From contig JAYFMW010000030.1 in NCBI GenBank assembly GCA_042408215.1, positions 512,001-576,000 on the forward strand: 64,000 nt of DNA, given 5' to 3'. Below, piece by piece: positions 1 to 11,007 of the stretch (positions are counted from its first letter, which is position 1; every line of letters begins with the position of its first letter). The notes under the pieces were generated by a model that saw only the letters and a list, made by a program, of their open reading frames with translations, searched no databases and was not told the DNA's origin. Position numbers and translations under genes: made by a program. The DNA comes from Microcoleus sp. (GTDB taxonomy: Bacteria; Cyanobacteriota; Cyanobacteriia; Cyanobacteriales; Microcoleaceae).

Positions 1-839
1 CGAAGCAGTTCGATCGCACTTTCGGCGCAAAGGTAGTGATATTTTGTACGAGTTTCGGATTCTCGCTCCAGCAGAACGATCCGCCGCAGCGGCTTTGATC
101 CTCGCCCACAATTTGGATTTTGACGACGCTCGTGATGTCGCTAAAGCCATGAAGGAGTTTTCCCGCTTCGGGAGTCTCCCCCAAGGTTTCACAGACACTG
201 CTGGCGATGCTATGGCTTACCAGTGCTGGCAATTGGCCAGACAAAACAGTGACTTGCAAGAGCGATCGCGCTTAATTGCTCGCGGTTTAAAATTAGCTAG
301 CAGCCAAACCGCGCGACAGCAAGTCGAGCAGTTGCTCGTCGATTTTACCGTAGTTCCGAGGCGATTGGCGCCGCGCTTGCCCCTCTATCGGCTCGACTGC
401 TGAAGAACAATCGCCCCGCATTGTCCCCGTGGTGGGTAAATTGCCCCTGTCTACGACAGATTTGCAGGCAGTGCCTCTGCCGGAGGAAATCGCGCCCTTC
501 CGCATGGTAAAATTTTCCGGCGAGGGAGCTTGGGTGGCTCTGCCGGGGTGGCAGGTAATTTTGAATGCTGAAGATCCGATCGCGGTTTTGGAAATGAGCG
601 ATCGACTGCCGGTACCATTACAAGGCAAAGTTGAAGAAATTTTGATTATTGTCGATCGCTCCCAAAGGCAATGGGATGCTGAGAGTTATTTCTTTGCAGA
701 CAATGGCGGCAATTTAGAATTGTATTGGTTTGAAGAATCCCCGGAGCTTCAGATTTTAGGAAGAGTTGTTCTAGTAATGCGTCCGCAAAAGATTCTGGAT
801 GAAGACTATACCAAAGATGGATGGCAAATTGACGATTAG
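1..839 (+). CDS. raf1: RuBisCO accumulation factor Raf1, 5'-partial, split by a +1 frameshift at ~398
   Basis: Frame 2 reads EAVRSHFRRKGSDILYEFRIL...LQERSRLIARGL...PRLPLYRLD; removing one base at ~398 continues AEEQSPRIVPVVGKLP...AWVALPGWQV...GWQIDD (ORFs 44..403 and 429..839), matching cyanobacterial Raf1. Confidence 0.85.
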
Positions 840-950
840 TCAGTAGTCATTAGTCATTAGTCAGTAGTCATCAGTCAGTAGTCATTAGTCATCAGTCATT
901 AGTCATTAGTCATTAGTCAGTAGTCATTAGTCAGTAGTCATTAGTTGTTA
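837..950. repeat. Heptamer tandem repeat (TAGTCAT/TAGTCAG), STRR-type
   Basis: Visible tandem array. Confidence 0.9.
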
Positions 951-1104
951 GTTGTTATCATGTCTGGTGAATTATATCAAATCCGATGATATCTGAATTA
1001 TGAGAGTGCGAGCGTCCTCGCTCGCGCTGACATCATCCAAATATATTATTCCGATGCCACAGGAAATGACTACTGACTAATAACTAATGACCAATGACTA
1101 ATGA

Positions 1105-2094
1105 CTAATCAGGTAATTTCGGTTCTTGAGTTGGCGGAACAGACTGCTGTTTCTTAAACCTCTTAAAACCATAAACCCCAGCCCCCAATATCAAAAAATA
1201 AGGACTGTAAGCCAACAACCAAATACCGAAATCAAACAAACCTAAAGTTAATTCTCCTACAGAATGAGTAGCTTTACCCCAAGTTTCCTGCATCCGCAAA
1301 CCGAGAGCAGGTTCAGGAGTTTGTTGAGATGATACTGCTGCTTCTAAAGTTAGGCTAATAGTAGAATAAGCCACTTGATTTCGCAAACTTTTTAACTGAG
1401 CATCAATCCGTTCTATAGACTCCCGAATATTACTCAATTCTTGAGCAGCTTTCAGCACGTCGCCTACAGAGCCCGATCGCTCCATAATTTTTAACACCAT
1501 TTCCTCCGATTTACGAAGGTTCCGCAATCTAGCTTCACTGTCCACTAATTGCGTAGTAACATCCTCCGCAGTCAGAGCACGATTCTGTACAGTTCCCAGT
1601 TTTGCTAAACTATCTAAAGTAGTTTCTAAGCGTTCTTGAGGCACGCGAATCTCCACAGTTGCGGTTTGCCGGATACTCGGATCTGGCGGCTTTTCATTTT
1701 GAAAAGCCAAAATATCGCCTTGCTGTTTTTCGACAATATTGGTAACAGATTTAGTGCTGGAATCAATAGATTTGACAACTAAACTCAGTGCGGCTTTTTT
1801 AATCAATTGGGGACGAGTTACCGGAGTTTCTGAAGAGGCTTGTTTTGGTGCAGCAGCCATTTTTGAGTCTGCGGCTTCTCCTCTTATTGATCCGGGCGCG
1901 GGTGCGGGAGAGGCTTGTGGAGCCGATCCCGCAACCCGGTTTTCAAGGCTGTTGGGTGGAGCTCCGCAACTTGGTAAAGCGGTAGAGGATAAAGTTAAAA
2001 ATGCCACCATAGCAAAGGGAGTTGTGCTTTTCTTTGCTAGGTTCAGGTTTCGCTTAACTTGTGGCAGGGAATTGGTGGTGAGGTAAATTTTCAT
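1105..2094 (-). CDS. DUF4349 domain lipoprotein-like protein
   Basis: Signal/lipobox-like LPSC, QLIKKAALSL...AEDVTTQLVDSEARL...QVAYSTI, C-terminal TM helix. Confidence 0.8.
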   Translation of the reverse strand: MKIYLTTNSLPQVKRNLNLAKKSTTPFAMVAFLTLSSTALPSCGAPPNSLENRVAGSAPQASPAPAPGSIRGEAADSKMAAAPKQASSETPVTRPQLIKKAALSLVVKSIDSSTKSVTNIVEKQQGDILAFQNEKPPDPSIRQTATVEIRVPQERLETTLDSLAKLGTVQNRALTAEDVTTQLVDSEARLRNLRKSEEMVLKIMERSGSVGDVLKAAQELSNIRESIERIDAQLKSLRNQVAYSTISLTLEAAVSSQQTPEPALGLRMQETWGKATHSVGELTLGLFDFGIWLLAYSPYFLILGAGVYGFKRFKKQQSVPPTQEPKLPD

Positions 2095-2254
2095 AAAAAA
2101 AGTTCGGTGGTGGTTTGTCCTCTAAAAACGTTTGGGTATTAAATGTTATACTGGTTTGGATTTAAGCTGGAGTGGATAGTGTTAGTTTAGCTGATCCTAA
2201 AATGGAAACGGTGAAAAATATTTTTCTCATCTAAAATTTAAAATCTCAAATCCC

Positions 2255-4711
2255 ATGACAGACGAATTTGATCCTAATTTTACTCCCTCGATCGCCGATA
2301 TCGATCGCCCGGATGTTACTTCCTCCGCGTCTGACTCCGCCGTGGTGCGGGAACAAGCTCTCCGTAAACTGCGCGACAGCTTGCGTGAGGGGCAGCAGCA
2401 GATGGCCGATTGGGAAGGCGGCCCCCTTGCTGTTTCGGCGGTTCCAGGGTCCGGGAAGTCTACAGGAATGGCTGCTGCTGCGGCAATTGCGATCGCCCGC
2501 TATCGACTTCACAGCCGTCGCCAGTTAGTAGTTGTGACTTTTACGCGATCGGCTGCTGCTAATATTAAAGTTAAAATTCGCGAAAATCTCCGAGAATTAT
2601 CTTTACCACAAGGTGGTTTTGTCGTACACACTTTGCACGGTTTGGCTTTGAATATAGCGATGCGGCATCCCGATTTATCCGGTTTGAATTTAGAAAATTT
2701 CACTTTAGTTACTCCGACTCAAAATCACCGATTAATTCGCACTTGTGTAGAACTTTGGATAGCTGAAAATCCCCGCAGATATCAAATTTTGTTGGAAGGG
2801 CAACAATTTGATGGCGAAGAAGCAGAGAGGCTGCGGCGACAGTCTGTTTTACGCACCGAGGTTTTGCCACAGTTAGCTAATACTGTAATTCACGAAGCGA
2901 AATCTTCTGGTTTTTTTCCAGAAGATTTGTTAGAAATTAGCGATAAATCCCCTGGAGATAGTTATGAAATTTTAGCTGTAGCGGGCGGTTTATATCAAAA
3001 ATATCAAGCTTTGTTGCGGAGTCGGGAATTCATTGATTATGACGAAATGATTTTAGCAGCTTTGCGGGTGTTGGACAATCCGAAGGCGAGGGCGAACGAG
3101 CAAAAACAAGTATTTGCTGTTTTTGAAGACGAAGCGCAAGATTCTACACCTTTGCAGACGAAGCTTTTGGAAAAATTAGCTCAAGATCCAACAAATCCTA
3201 ACTTACCTGCTAATTTTATCAGAGTTGGCGACCCAAATCAAGCGATTAATTCTACATTTACCCCGGCAGATCCGATTTATTTTAGGGAGTTTTGCTCACA
3301 GTGCGAATTGGACAATAAGTTAGCAACAATGGATAGTGCAGGTCGCAGCACCCAGGTGATTATTGATGCAGCTAACTTTATTTTAGCCTGGGTAAATAAA
3401 TCTGAATTGGCGGGAACAGAACAGCCTTTTCGCGACCAAAAAATTAAGGCAGTTAGCAGCGAAGACCCGCAGTTAGATGCGAATCCTGCACCCCTTGGAC
3501 GCGGATTAGAATTGCATACTCCCCGCGACACTTACCACACAATTGAGTTAATTGGCAAGCGGGTAATAGAGTTAGTTGAGCAATTTTTACCCGCTGGTTT
3601 TGAATGGGGAATACATGATAAAAAACTCGAATTAGGCGGGGAAGTAAGCGATGTGGCAAACCAGGCAAAATTGCCATTAGAACATCTGAAATCAATGGCT
3701 GTTTTGGTACGGGAAAATAAACAGGGTAAGTTTATTAAAGAGGTGCTAGAAAATCCTAAAAAACACGGTTTGAGCGTAGATTTAAGCAAATATGGGATTA
3801 AAATTGAGGATATCGGAGAACGCGATCGGCATTCTCAAGTACCTTGGGAAATCTTAACATTGCTGCAATTTCTCGATCGCCCCCACTCACCAGACTACCT
3901 GAAAGCAGCATTAAAGATTTTGAGCGATCGCCAACTGATACCCAAACAAGACTACAATGCTTTTGCCACTAGCCCAGAGCAATTTCTGTACCCAGGCCCC
4001 CTCGATCCAAAGCAGTCAGATCCTGTTCGCAAATGTCGCTATTTTTGCTGCGGTTTGTTACAAGCACGCCTAGAACTTCCACCCTATCAAATTATATCAT
4101 TTCTCGCCCTAGCACTGCAATACGACCAAACAGAATTAGCCACAGCAGAGAAATTAGCAGAACGAGTAGCAATCCAAACAGTCGGGAACAATTCAATGAG
4201 CAATATTTTGGGTGTGATCGGCGAAATTGTCAGTTCCGAAAGATTTGAACCAGTGGAAGCAGAAGAGAAAATAGAAGAACGCTACACCAGCAAAGGTCAA
4301 CTAACAATTATTACGATGCACAAAGCAAAAGGATTGGATTGGGATTGCGTTTTTATCCCATTTTTGCACGAACAAACAATCCCCGGAAGTTTGCGAGTTT
4401 TGCCACAATCTAAATTTTTAGGAGACTTTACTTTAGCAGAAGTAGCGAGAGCACAAATTCGCGCTAGTTTGCACAAAAAAGATGCTTTCCAAAATCTGGG
4501 TAAAGCCTGGGAACAAGCAGGATATTTGAAAACAGCAGAAGAGTTTAGATTGCTATATGTGGCGATGACACGAGCCAAAAGCTTGCTGTGGATGTCGGCG
4601 GAGAAAAAAGGGCCTTTTACTTGGAATAAACCAGATAAATTGCAGGAACTCAAACCTTGTCCGGTGATGCCTGTTTTGAAACAACACTTTCCCGGTAATG
4701 TGATATTTTAA
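2255..4711 (+). CDS. UvrD/REP-family ATP-dependent DNA helicase
   Basis: Walker A AVPGSGKST, TFTRSAA, DEAQD, VGDPNQAI, TMHKAKGLDWD, LLYVAMTRAK. Confidence 0.9.
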   Translation: MTDEFDPNFTPSIADIDRPDVTSSASDSAVVREQALRKLRDSLREGQQQMADWEGGPLAVSAVPGSGKSTGMAAAAAIAIARYRLHSRRQLVVVTFTRSAAANIKVKIRENLRELSLPQGGFVVHTLHGLALNIAMRHPDLSGLNLENFTLVTPTQNHRLIRTCVELWIAENPRRYQILLEGQQFDGEEAERLRRQSVLRTEVLPQLANTVIHEAKSSGFFPEDLLEISDKSPGDSYEILAVAGGLYQKYQALLRSREFIDYDEMILAALRVLDNPKARANEQKQVFAVFEDEAQDSTPLQTKLLEKLAQDPTNPNLPANFIRVGDPNQAINSTFTPADPIYFREFCSQCELDNKLATMDSAGRSTQVIIDAANFILAWVNKSELAGTEQPFRDQKIKAVSSEDPQLDANPAPLGRGLELHTPRDTYHTIELIGKRVIELVEQFLPAGFEWGIHDKKLELGGEVSDVANQAKLPLEHLKSMAVLVRENKQGKFIKEVLENPKKHGLSVDLSKYGIKIEDIGERDRHSQVPWEILTLLQFLDRPHSPDYLKAALKILSDRQLIPKQDYNAFATSPEQFLYPGPLDPKQSDPVRKCRYFCCGLLQARLELPPYQIISFLALALQYDQTELATAEKLAERVAIQTVGNNSMSNILGVIGEIVSSERFEPVEAEEKIEERYTSKGQLTIITMHKAKGLDWDCVFIPFLHEQTIPGSLRVLPQSKFLGDFTLAEVARAQIRASLHKKDAFQNLGKAWEQAGYLKTAEEFRLLYVAMTRAKSLLWMSAEKKGPFTWNKPDKLQELKPCPVMPVLKQHFPGNVIF

Positions 4712-4924
4712 GATAAATTTTTGGAACGCACCGCGAAGACGCGAAGGACGCGAAGTTTGAGAAAAGAAGCATTAGCAAAAAAACATATAGGGGCAGGTTT
4801 AGCCCGAAATCTTGGTATAATACCAACAAAATCTAGAAAAAACTTCTCCTTTCTTCCTTCGTGTGCTTCGCGCCTTCGCGGTTCGTTAAAAAAAATCTCA
4901 TTCACAAAGAAAATTAAGATTGCT

Positions 4925-5671
4925 ATGACCAACTCAGAAATTCGCACAAAAAACGTCACAATTCCCAACGGGGATTTGCAAATCGCCGCCTACCAAGCCC
5001 AACCCGCAGCAGCAGGGCTATTTCCCGCAGTCATCGTCATTCAAGAAATCTTTGGCGTCAACTCGCACATCCGCGAAGTTACCGAAAGAATAGCAAAAGA
5101 AGGATATGTGGCGATCGCCCCAGCAATTTACCAACGCCAAGCCCCCGGCTTTGAAACCGGCTACACCCCCCAAGACATCAAAATCGGCAAAAAATACAAA
5201 GAACAAACTACCGCATCCGAACTCCTGGGCGACATCCAAGCCACCATCGACTACCTCAAAACCTTGCCATTTGTCAAACAACCAGGCTTTGGCTGCATCG
5301 GCTTCTGCTTTGGAGGGCACGTCGCCTACCTCGCCGCCACCTTACCCGAAATCAAGGCTACAGCGTCCTTCTACGGCGCTGGTATCGCCACCCAAACCCC
5401 CGGTGTCGGTGCCCCCACCATCACCCGCACAGCACAGATTCAAGGCACTCTCTATGGCTTTTATGGGACTCAAGATGCCAGCATTCCCTTAGAACAAGTT
5501 GACCAAATTGCAGCCGAACTGCAAAAACATCATATTTCTCACCGAATTTTCCGCTACAATGCCGATCACGGTTTCTTCTGCGACCACCGCGGCAGTTATA
5601 ACGCTACCGCAGCAGCCGAGTCGTGGGAGCAAGTCAAGCACCTATTTCAACAGGAACTTCAACCAGCTTAG
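4925..5671 (+). CDS. Dienelactone hydrolase family protein
   Basis: QEIFGVN, nucleophile GFCFGG, D and HGF motifs; start moved to ATG 4925 because the upstream extension runs through repeat DNA. Confidence 0.9.
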   Translation: MTNSEIRTKNVTIPNGDLQIAAYQAQPAAAGLFPAVIVIQEIFGVNSHIREVTERIAKEGYVAIAPAIYQRQAPGFETGYTPQDIKIGKKYKEQTTASELLGDIQATIDYLKTLPFVKQPGFGCIGFCFGGHVAYLAATLPEIKATASFYGAGIATQTPGVGAPTITRTAQIQGTLYGFYGTQDASIPLEQVDQIAAELQKHHISHRIFRYNADHGFFCDHRGSYNATAAAESWEQVKHLFQQELQPA

Positions 5672-5951
5672 ACAGTCCTGGATACCATTCTCAAAAACCT
5701 GTAGGGGCGGGCGATGTCCTGAGCGTAGCCGAAGGGTTCACCAAAAGCCCTAAAGGGTGTAGACAGGTGAAATAAACCCGCCCCCACCCACAAAAAAGCC
5801 ATTTATTGATATTGGCCCCTGATGTGAGTTGAAATGCGTAAGTTCTGTTAGAGAGAGGAAGATGGGAAGATGGGGAAAGTGGGAGATGGGGAGAGTGGGA
5901 AAATTTTTCTACAGACAACTGACAACTGACAATTAATAACTGACAACTGAC

Positions 5952-6851
5952 ATGAATTCCAAATCTACAGGTTCTCAAAGCGCAAAAGCATCCTTTTCAA
6001 TGGACGATTTTGCTAAAGCCCTCGAACAGCACAATTACGAGTTTCAGAAGGGACAAATAGTGCGTGGGAAGGTGTTCGAACACGACTCAAATGGTGCGTA
6101 TGTTGATATCGGCGGCAAGTCTTCGGCGTTTTTACCCATCGAAGAGGCTGCTTTGAGAACGATCGCGGATTTGTCGGAAGTCGTTCCTTTGGAAGAGGAA
6201 CGGGACTTTTTAATTATCCGCGAACAAGATGCTGATGGCCAAGTTACTCTGTCTCTGCGACAGCTACAAATTCAGGAAGCCTGGGAACAGCTAATCGAAT
6301 TGCAGGAAAGCGGTAAAGTCCTTCAGGTGCGGGTTTCGGGCGCAAATAAGGGCGGGGTGACGGTCGATGTACAGGGAATGCGCGGCTTTATTCCCCGATC
6401 GCACTTAATCGATCGCGACAACATAGAAGGGCTCATCGGTCAAGCTTTGACTGTGAGTTTCTTAGAAGTCGATCGAGAACGACAAAAACTGGTACTTTCC
6501 CAGCGGCTAGCAACTCAATCTTCTGCCTTCAGTCAGTTACAAATCGGCCAGTTGGTAGAAGGAAAAGTTAGCAGCATTAAGCCTTTTGGCGTGTTTATAG
6601 ACATGGAAGGAATTAGCGGTTTGCTGCACATCAAGCAAGTCAGCCAAAGATATATTGAAAACCTTTCTCAGCTATTTTCTCCCGGTCAAATTCTGAAAGC
6701 ACTGGTGATTGACCTCGATGAAAGTCGGGGCAGAATTTCCCTTTCTACCCGGATTTTGGAAAATTATCCAGGGGAAATGGTGGAAAAGATGGCAGAGGTG
6801 ATGGATACCGCAGAAGAGCGATCGGAACGTGCTAGAAAAAACCTTTCTTAA
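5952..6851 (+). CDS. S1 RNA-binding domain protein (30S S1 homologue B)
   Basis: Three S1 repeats (GAYVDIGGKSSAF, GMRGFIPRSH, PFGVFIDMEGISGLLHI). Confidence 0.85.
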   Translation: MNSKSTGSQSAKASFSMDDFAKALEQHNYEFQKGQIVRGKVFEHDSNGAYVDIGGKSSAFLPIEEAALRTIADLSEVVPLEEERDFLIIREQDADGQVTLSLRQLQIQEAWEQLIELQESGKVLQVRVSGANKGGVTVDVQGMRGFIPRSHLIDRDNIEGLIGQALTVSFLEVDRERQKLVLSQRLATQSSAFSQLQIGQLVEGKVSSIKPFGVFIDMEGISGLLHIKQVSQRYIENLSQLFSPGQILKALVIDLDESRGRISLSTRILENYPGEMVEKMAEVMDTAEERSERARKNLS

Positions 6852-7144
6852 GTCTTGAGAACCTCGTCCTCCTTACAGTCGGAGCTCCCCCTAAATCCCC
6901 CTTAAAAAGGGAGTAGGGTGTGAGTAGGGGGTGACGAGAGAATGCTCCGCTCCGGTTCCCCCCTTAAAAAGGGGGGCTAGGGGGGATCTGGGTATTCTGT
7001 TTTTTCAGGTGGGCTTACTGATTGTTGCCAATTTTTGCCAAATGTTATAGCAACCGCCCTGGTTATGAGGAGTTCTTAATTCCTGAAATCATTCCTTTTA
7101 GGGCATTTTAACCTCGACTTCTTCCTTCTTCCTTCGGCTATATA

Positions 7145-7271
7145 TAGCGGTTCTCAAGAAAGTGAGGTATGCCCTATGCCCTATGCCCTATGCCCTATGC
7201 CCTATGCCCTCCGCCCTATGCCCTATGCCCTATATCAAGCCTGCACCGCACTGTTACTGAGAAAGGCTATA
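7145..7271. repeat. Small element with imperfect inverted ends (TAGCGGTTCTCA...TGAGAAAGGCTA) enclosing an (ATGCCCT)n array
   Basis: Visible imperfect inverted ends and heptamer array. Confidence 0.6.
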
Positions 7272-7281
7272 TAACCCCATT

Positions 7282-9519
7282 TTATCGTGCTTTAACGCCA
7301 TTAGCTACTACTCCAAATACTCTAAGATCCGCTATATTTAATTGATCTAAGGCTTTGCTTACCATGTCCCGATCGGTTTTTTCTATCTTGACTATCAGCA
7401 CAGTACCATTAGTTTGAGAAGCTAGTAAGTGACCGTCAGCTACATCAATTAAAGGTGGCGTATCGTAAATTACTAAATCAAATAAGGCTAGGAATTGTTC
7501 CATTAAATAGTGCATCTTTCTGGAAGAAAGTAATTTAATTGGGTCTGGGGGACTGCTACCAGCAGTGAGGACAAAAAGATTTTCATCGTCGGGTAATCGC
7601 TGAATTGCCTCATTTAAACTTAAATCAGAAGTCAAAGTATTACTTAAACCTCTAATATTTGATACGCCAAGGTATGTGTGCAGTTGAGGAAATCGCATAT
7701 TGGCATCCACTAATAATACTCGTTTACCAACAGCAGCAGCAGTTTTAGCTAGATAAACTGCTACAGTAGACTTACCCTCACCTTTAACCGTCGAAGTGAT
7801 GGTTAAAGAACTTATAGGCTGTTCAGCACTTAATAATTGAATGTTGGTGTATAGGTAGTGAAAAGCCTCTATTAAAGGAAAATCTTTTTGATTTGACACT
7901 ATTATTCGTCTTGAAATTGCACTGCTATTAGTTGAGCTTATGCTAGTGAATTTAGGTGCTACACTGTCCCCTCTACGCGATTTAATCTTCATCCCTTTGG
8001 CGATCGGAATTACTCCCAAAATAGGGCGTTTAGTTGCATATTTAATTTCTTCTGGAGTATGGAAAACAGTATTTAAAACTTCTACTAGGAAACCTATAGC
8101 AATACCTAGTAAACTGCTAATAACGATCGCGATCGTTAGCTGGCGCCGGGTGGGTTTTGTTGTTACAGGATTGGGAGCACCATTTTCGTCTGTGACTAAC
8201 TGTGGTTTAGATATAATTTGCCAAGAGCCATCAATTTGACCAGCATCTAGTTGTAAAGTTTTTTGTTTGTCTATGAACAGTTTGAGAGTATCTTTAGCTA
8301 CTTCTAGTTTTAATTGTATGTCATCATAGCGACGTTGAGCTTGGGGCATTTGAGTAATTTTTGCTTGTAGTAAATTTTGGCTATTAGTTACCACTCGCTC
8401 GCGAACTTTCAACTGTTCTAGTTGTGATTTCATCTGCCTGAGGACAGACTCAGCTTCTCTTTGCATTAAATCGCGCAAACTTTTCTGCTTTTCCCGCAAA
8501 GATTGAATGGGAAGGCTATTTTCATAAAATTGAGTAGAGCTTAAAGCTAATTGCGACTCTATTTCATTTACTTTTCCCATTAAACTTTCATAAGACTTGG
8601 GGCTAATATCAACAATCCAACGATTATCACCCCTTAACGATCTTTGTTTGTAGCTTTCATATTGGTGCATACTTTCTGCTAGTTGTGCTTGCACTTCTAG
8701 GCGACGATTAGTTAAACTATCTAGCTGATCTGATAGGCTGCGGCTGCGTAGTTCTGGTTGATTAAAGTTATACTTAGTTCTTAAGGTTTGTAATTCTTGT
8801 TGCAAGTTATCTACGTTCTGCTGGAGTGGCGGCATTTGTTTATCGATAAAGTCAATACTTTTTTTGCTAACTCTTAACCGCTCTTGGCGCATATATTCTA
8901 GGTAATATTTTGCCGTTTCTTCCAGCACATATTTGATCCGCTTGGGGTCTCGATCGCGGTAAGTAATATCTAAGAGTTTAGTACCCCCCTGCTTCCCATC
9001 TCGCAAGAAAGTAACACGTTGGATAGTCAAGCGGTTGTTCAGATTTTTATACTCAAAGTTTGGATATTTTTCTTGCAATTTATTAACTAATGGTATTAGC
9101 ACTTCTGGGCTTTTTAAAACCCGCGCTAAACTTTGATAATCCACCGAGGAACCTTCTTCCGCTGAGGATTTAATTTTGTTCAAGTCTGTGATGCCTAAAC
9201 TGTTATTTTGAGCTTGGACAAAGAGCTTTGATAGCCGATCGTCAGCCGTAATGGGTTCTGCTAAAACTGTAAATTTTCCTTCGTACTCAGTAATAGATTT
9301 TTTGGCAGCCCTGAGAATCAAACTACCGCTCAAAGTAGCTATGCTTGCAGCTACTATGGCCATCACCAGAAGGCGACGTTTGACCACAGCTACTACCCAT
9401 GTCAGATCCAGAACTTGGTCATCTCCTTCTGGGGTACTAGCTGCGTAGTTAGGGGATGTGGCGGACAGATATTGACCATTAAGGTCATCCTTGAGGGGAG
9501 AAAACAGCTTTTTATCCAT
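7282..9519 (-). CDS. wzc: Wzc/GumC-like polysaccharide co-polymerase with BY-kinase domain
   Basis: Two TM helices flanking a coiled coil; ITSTVKGEGKST, LLVDANMRFP, IYDTPP; no C-terminal Tyr cluster. Confidence 0.85.
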   Translation of the reverse strand: MDKKLFSPLKDDLNGQYLSATSPNYAASTPEGDDQVLDLTWVVAVVKRRLLVMAIVAASIATLSGSLILRAAKKSITEYEGKFTVLAEPITADDRLSKLFVQAQNNSLGITDLNKIKSSAEEGSSVDYQSLARVLKSPEVLIPLVNKLQEKYPNFEYKNLNNRLTIQRVTFLRDGKQGGTKLLDITYRDRDPKRIKYVLEETAKYYLEYMRQERLRVSKKSIDFIDKQMPPLQQNVDNLQQELQTLRTKYNFNQPELRSRSLSDQLDSLTNRRLEVQAQLAESMHQYESYKQRSLRGDNRWIVDISPKSYESLMGKVNEIESQLALSSTQFYENSLPIQSLREKQKSLRDLMQREAESVLRQMKSQLEQLKVRERVVTNSQNLLQAKITQMPQAQRRYDDIQLKLEVAKDTLKLFIDKQKTLQLDAGQIDGSWQIISKPQLVTDENGAPNPVTTKPTRRQLTIAIVISSLLGIAIGFLVEVLNTVFHTPEEIKYATKRPILGVIPIAKGMKIKSRRGDSVAPKFTSISSTNSSAISRRIIVSNQKDFPLIEAFHYLYTNIQLLSAEQPISSLTITSTVKGEGKSTVAVYLAKTAAAVGKRVLLVDANMRFPQLHTYLGVSNIRGLSNTLTSDLSLNEAIQRLPDDENLFVLTAGSSPPDPIKLLSSRKMHYLMEQFLALFDLVIYDTPPLIDVADGHLLASQTNGTVLIVKIEKTDRDMVSKALDQLNIADLRVFGVVANGVKAR

Positions 9520-9540
9520 AGGGCAAATTTTATTTAATTC

Positions 9541-11007
9541 CTAATTTCCTAATAGTTTGAGCAGCTCTATGAATCTGATAGGAACAAGAATTGCACCAAT
9601 GATGTTATTAGCTGGTGTGAGAGCAGTGTTAATGTTGTCTGTCCACACAGCTTTCCCCGAACGCGCCACTACAATTATGTCATTATCTTGAATCAGTGGG
9701 TTAATTTGAGCATTGATCCCTTGATTCAAATTAATTGGTACTTGAGAACGGGATATAGTGCCATTCGGATTCAGCCGGATCAGTTCCACTAAGCTAGAGT
9801 TAGCCCGATTTGATTTGAAACCACCAGCACTCATAATCGCTTGATTTAAGGTAGTATTGGGAGGTAGTTTGATCGCCCCCGGAGCATTAACTTCTCCTAC
9901 AACACTCACTTGCACAGTCGGCGGAGCAAAGCTAGCAGTAGCTAGAACAGAAACTTCTGCTGGGTCGATCGCCGTCGCTGTCGGGACAAAGATGATATCC
10001 CCTTCTTGCAGTATAGTATCTTGAGAAGTATCTTGTTCTTGCAAATATTGCCAAAGGTTGAGAGTGATGATTTGTTGTTTGCCACTTCTAGTATAACGTT
10101 GGAGTTGGATTTGGCGAATATCGGCGATTTGGGTGATGCCACCTGCTAGTTGTAGAGCACGGATGATCGTAGTTTGTCCGCTGGTTCTTTGACCATTTTG
10201 GGTATCACCACCGATCGCTACATACCTACCGGGGCGCTTCACCTCTCCGAATACTGAGACAGTACGGGGTTGATCTGGTGCTAGAGAAAAGGTAGATTCA
10301 CTAAGTTGATTTATTTCTGCTAAGTTAATTTTTTCTTGAGGGGGAACCAATATTTGATCGCCATCTCGCAACGTTATGTCTTGGGCTGTTTGACCAGTTT
10401 GTAAATAATCCCACAGGTTATAAGTGATAGTCACCTCTTGGTTAGCATTGAGGCGACGTCGGATAATTACTCGGCGGATATCAGCGCTAGCTCGAATACC
10501 CCCAGCTTTTTCTAAGGCTTGAGGAAGGGTAGGAAACTGAACTGATGGTTTAGTTCCGCCTCCATTAGCGAGGGGTAATAAGTAGGAGCCGGGGCGACTT
10601 ATTTCACCAGATAACCAAATATTGAGGGGGCGGGCAGCTTGTAAGCTGATGGTAACTAATGGTCTTTTGATGATGCGGCCATAAGCTTTGGTGATCGCTT
10701 GGGCGGCCTGTTCTAAAGTTAATCCTTGGAGGGAAACGCTACCAATAATGGGGATTTGAATAGATCCACCAGCGGGAATTTGATAATCGCCGCTAAACTG
10801 GGGCAGATCGTAGATATCAATTCGAATGTTGTCTCCACCACCTAGATAGTACGCAGTATTAATGCTGATTGTGGGGGAACGGGACTGAGCGAGGTTGGTT
10901 TGAGGGTAGGAGAGAGCGAGTACGAGCACCAGCAGTGGCTGGCGTAAAGCAGGAAGGGTTAGCCATTTCATAGGTAGTAACAAATTTGATGATAGAAGTA
11001 AAGCCAT
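9541..11007 (-). CDS. wza: Wza/KpsD-like polysaccharide export protein with SLBB repeats (alternative start 10971)
   Basis: YYLGGGDNIRIDIY poly_export motif; three GEV/GEI..PG SLBB units. Confidence 0.85.
   Translation of the reverse strand: MALLLSSNLLLPMKWLTLPALRQPLLVLVLALSYPQTNLAQSRSPTISINTAYYLGGGDNIRIDIYDLPQFSGDYQIPAGGSIQIPIIGSVSLQGLTLEQAAQAITKAYGRIIKRPLVTISLQAARPLNIWLSGEISRPGSYLLPLANGGGTKPSVQFPTLPQALEKAGGIRASADIRRVIIRRRLNANQEVTITYNLWDYLQTGQTAQDITLRDGDQILVPPQEKINLAEINQLSESTFSLAPDQPRTVSVFGEVKRPGRYVAIGGDTQNGQRTSGQTTIIRALQLAGGITQIADIRQIQLQRYTRSGKQQIITLNLWQYLQEQDTSQDTILQEGDIIFVPTATAIDPAEVSVLATASFAPPTVQVSVVGEVNAPGAIKLPPNTTLNQAIMSAGGFKSNRANSSLVELIRLNPNGTISRSQVPINLNQGINAQINPLIQDNDIIVVARSGKAVWTDNINTALTPANNIIGAILVPIRFIELLKLLGN

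Noticed and set aside
3580..3690. Apparent insertion in the helicase as a possible intein
   Set aside because: Too short, and lacks the C/S start and HN-C/S/T end motifs
4721..4924. N-terminal extension of the dienelactone hydrolase (similar extensions at 21231, 34444, 36358, 42115 and 56885)
   Set aside because: The extensions run through dispersed repeat or intergenic DNA; downstream starts match the family N-termini
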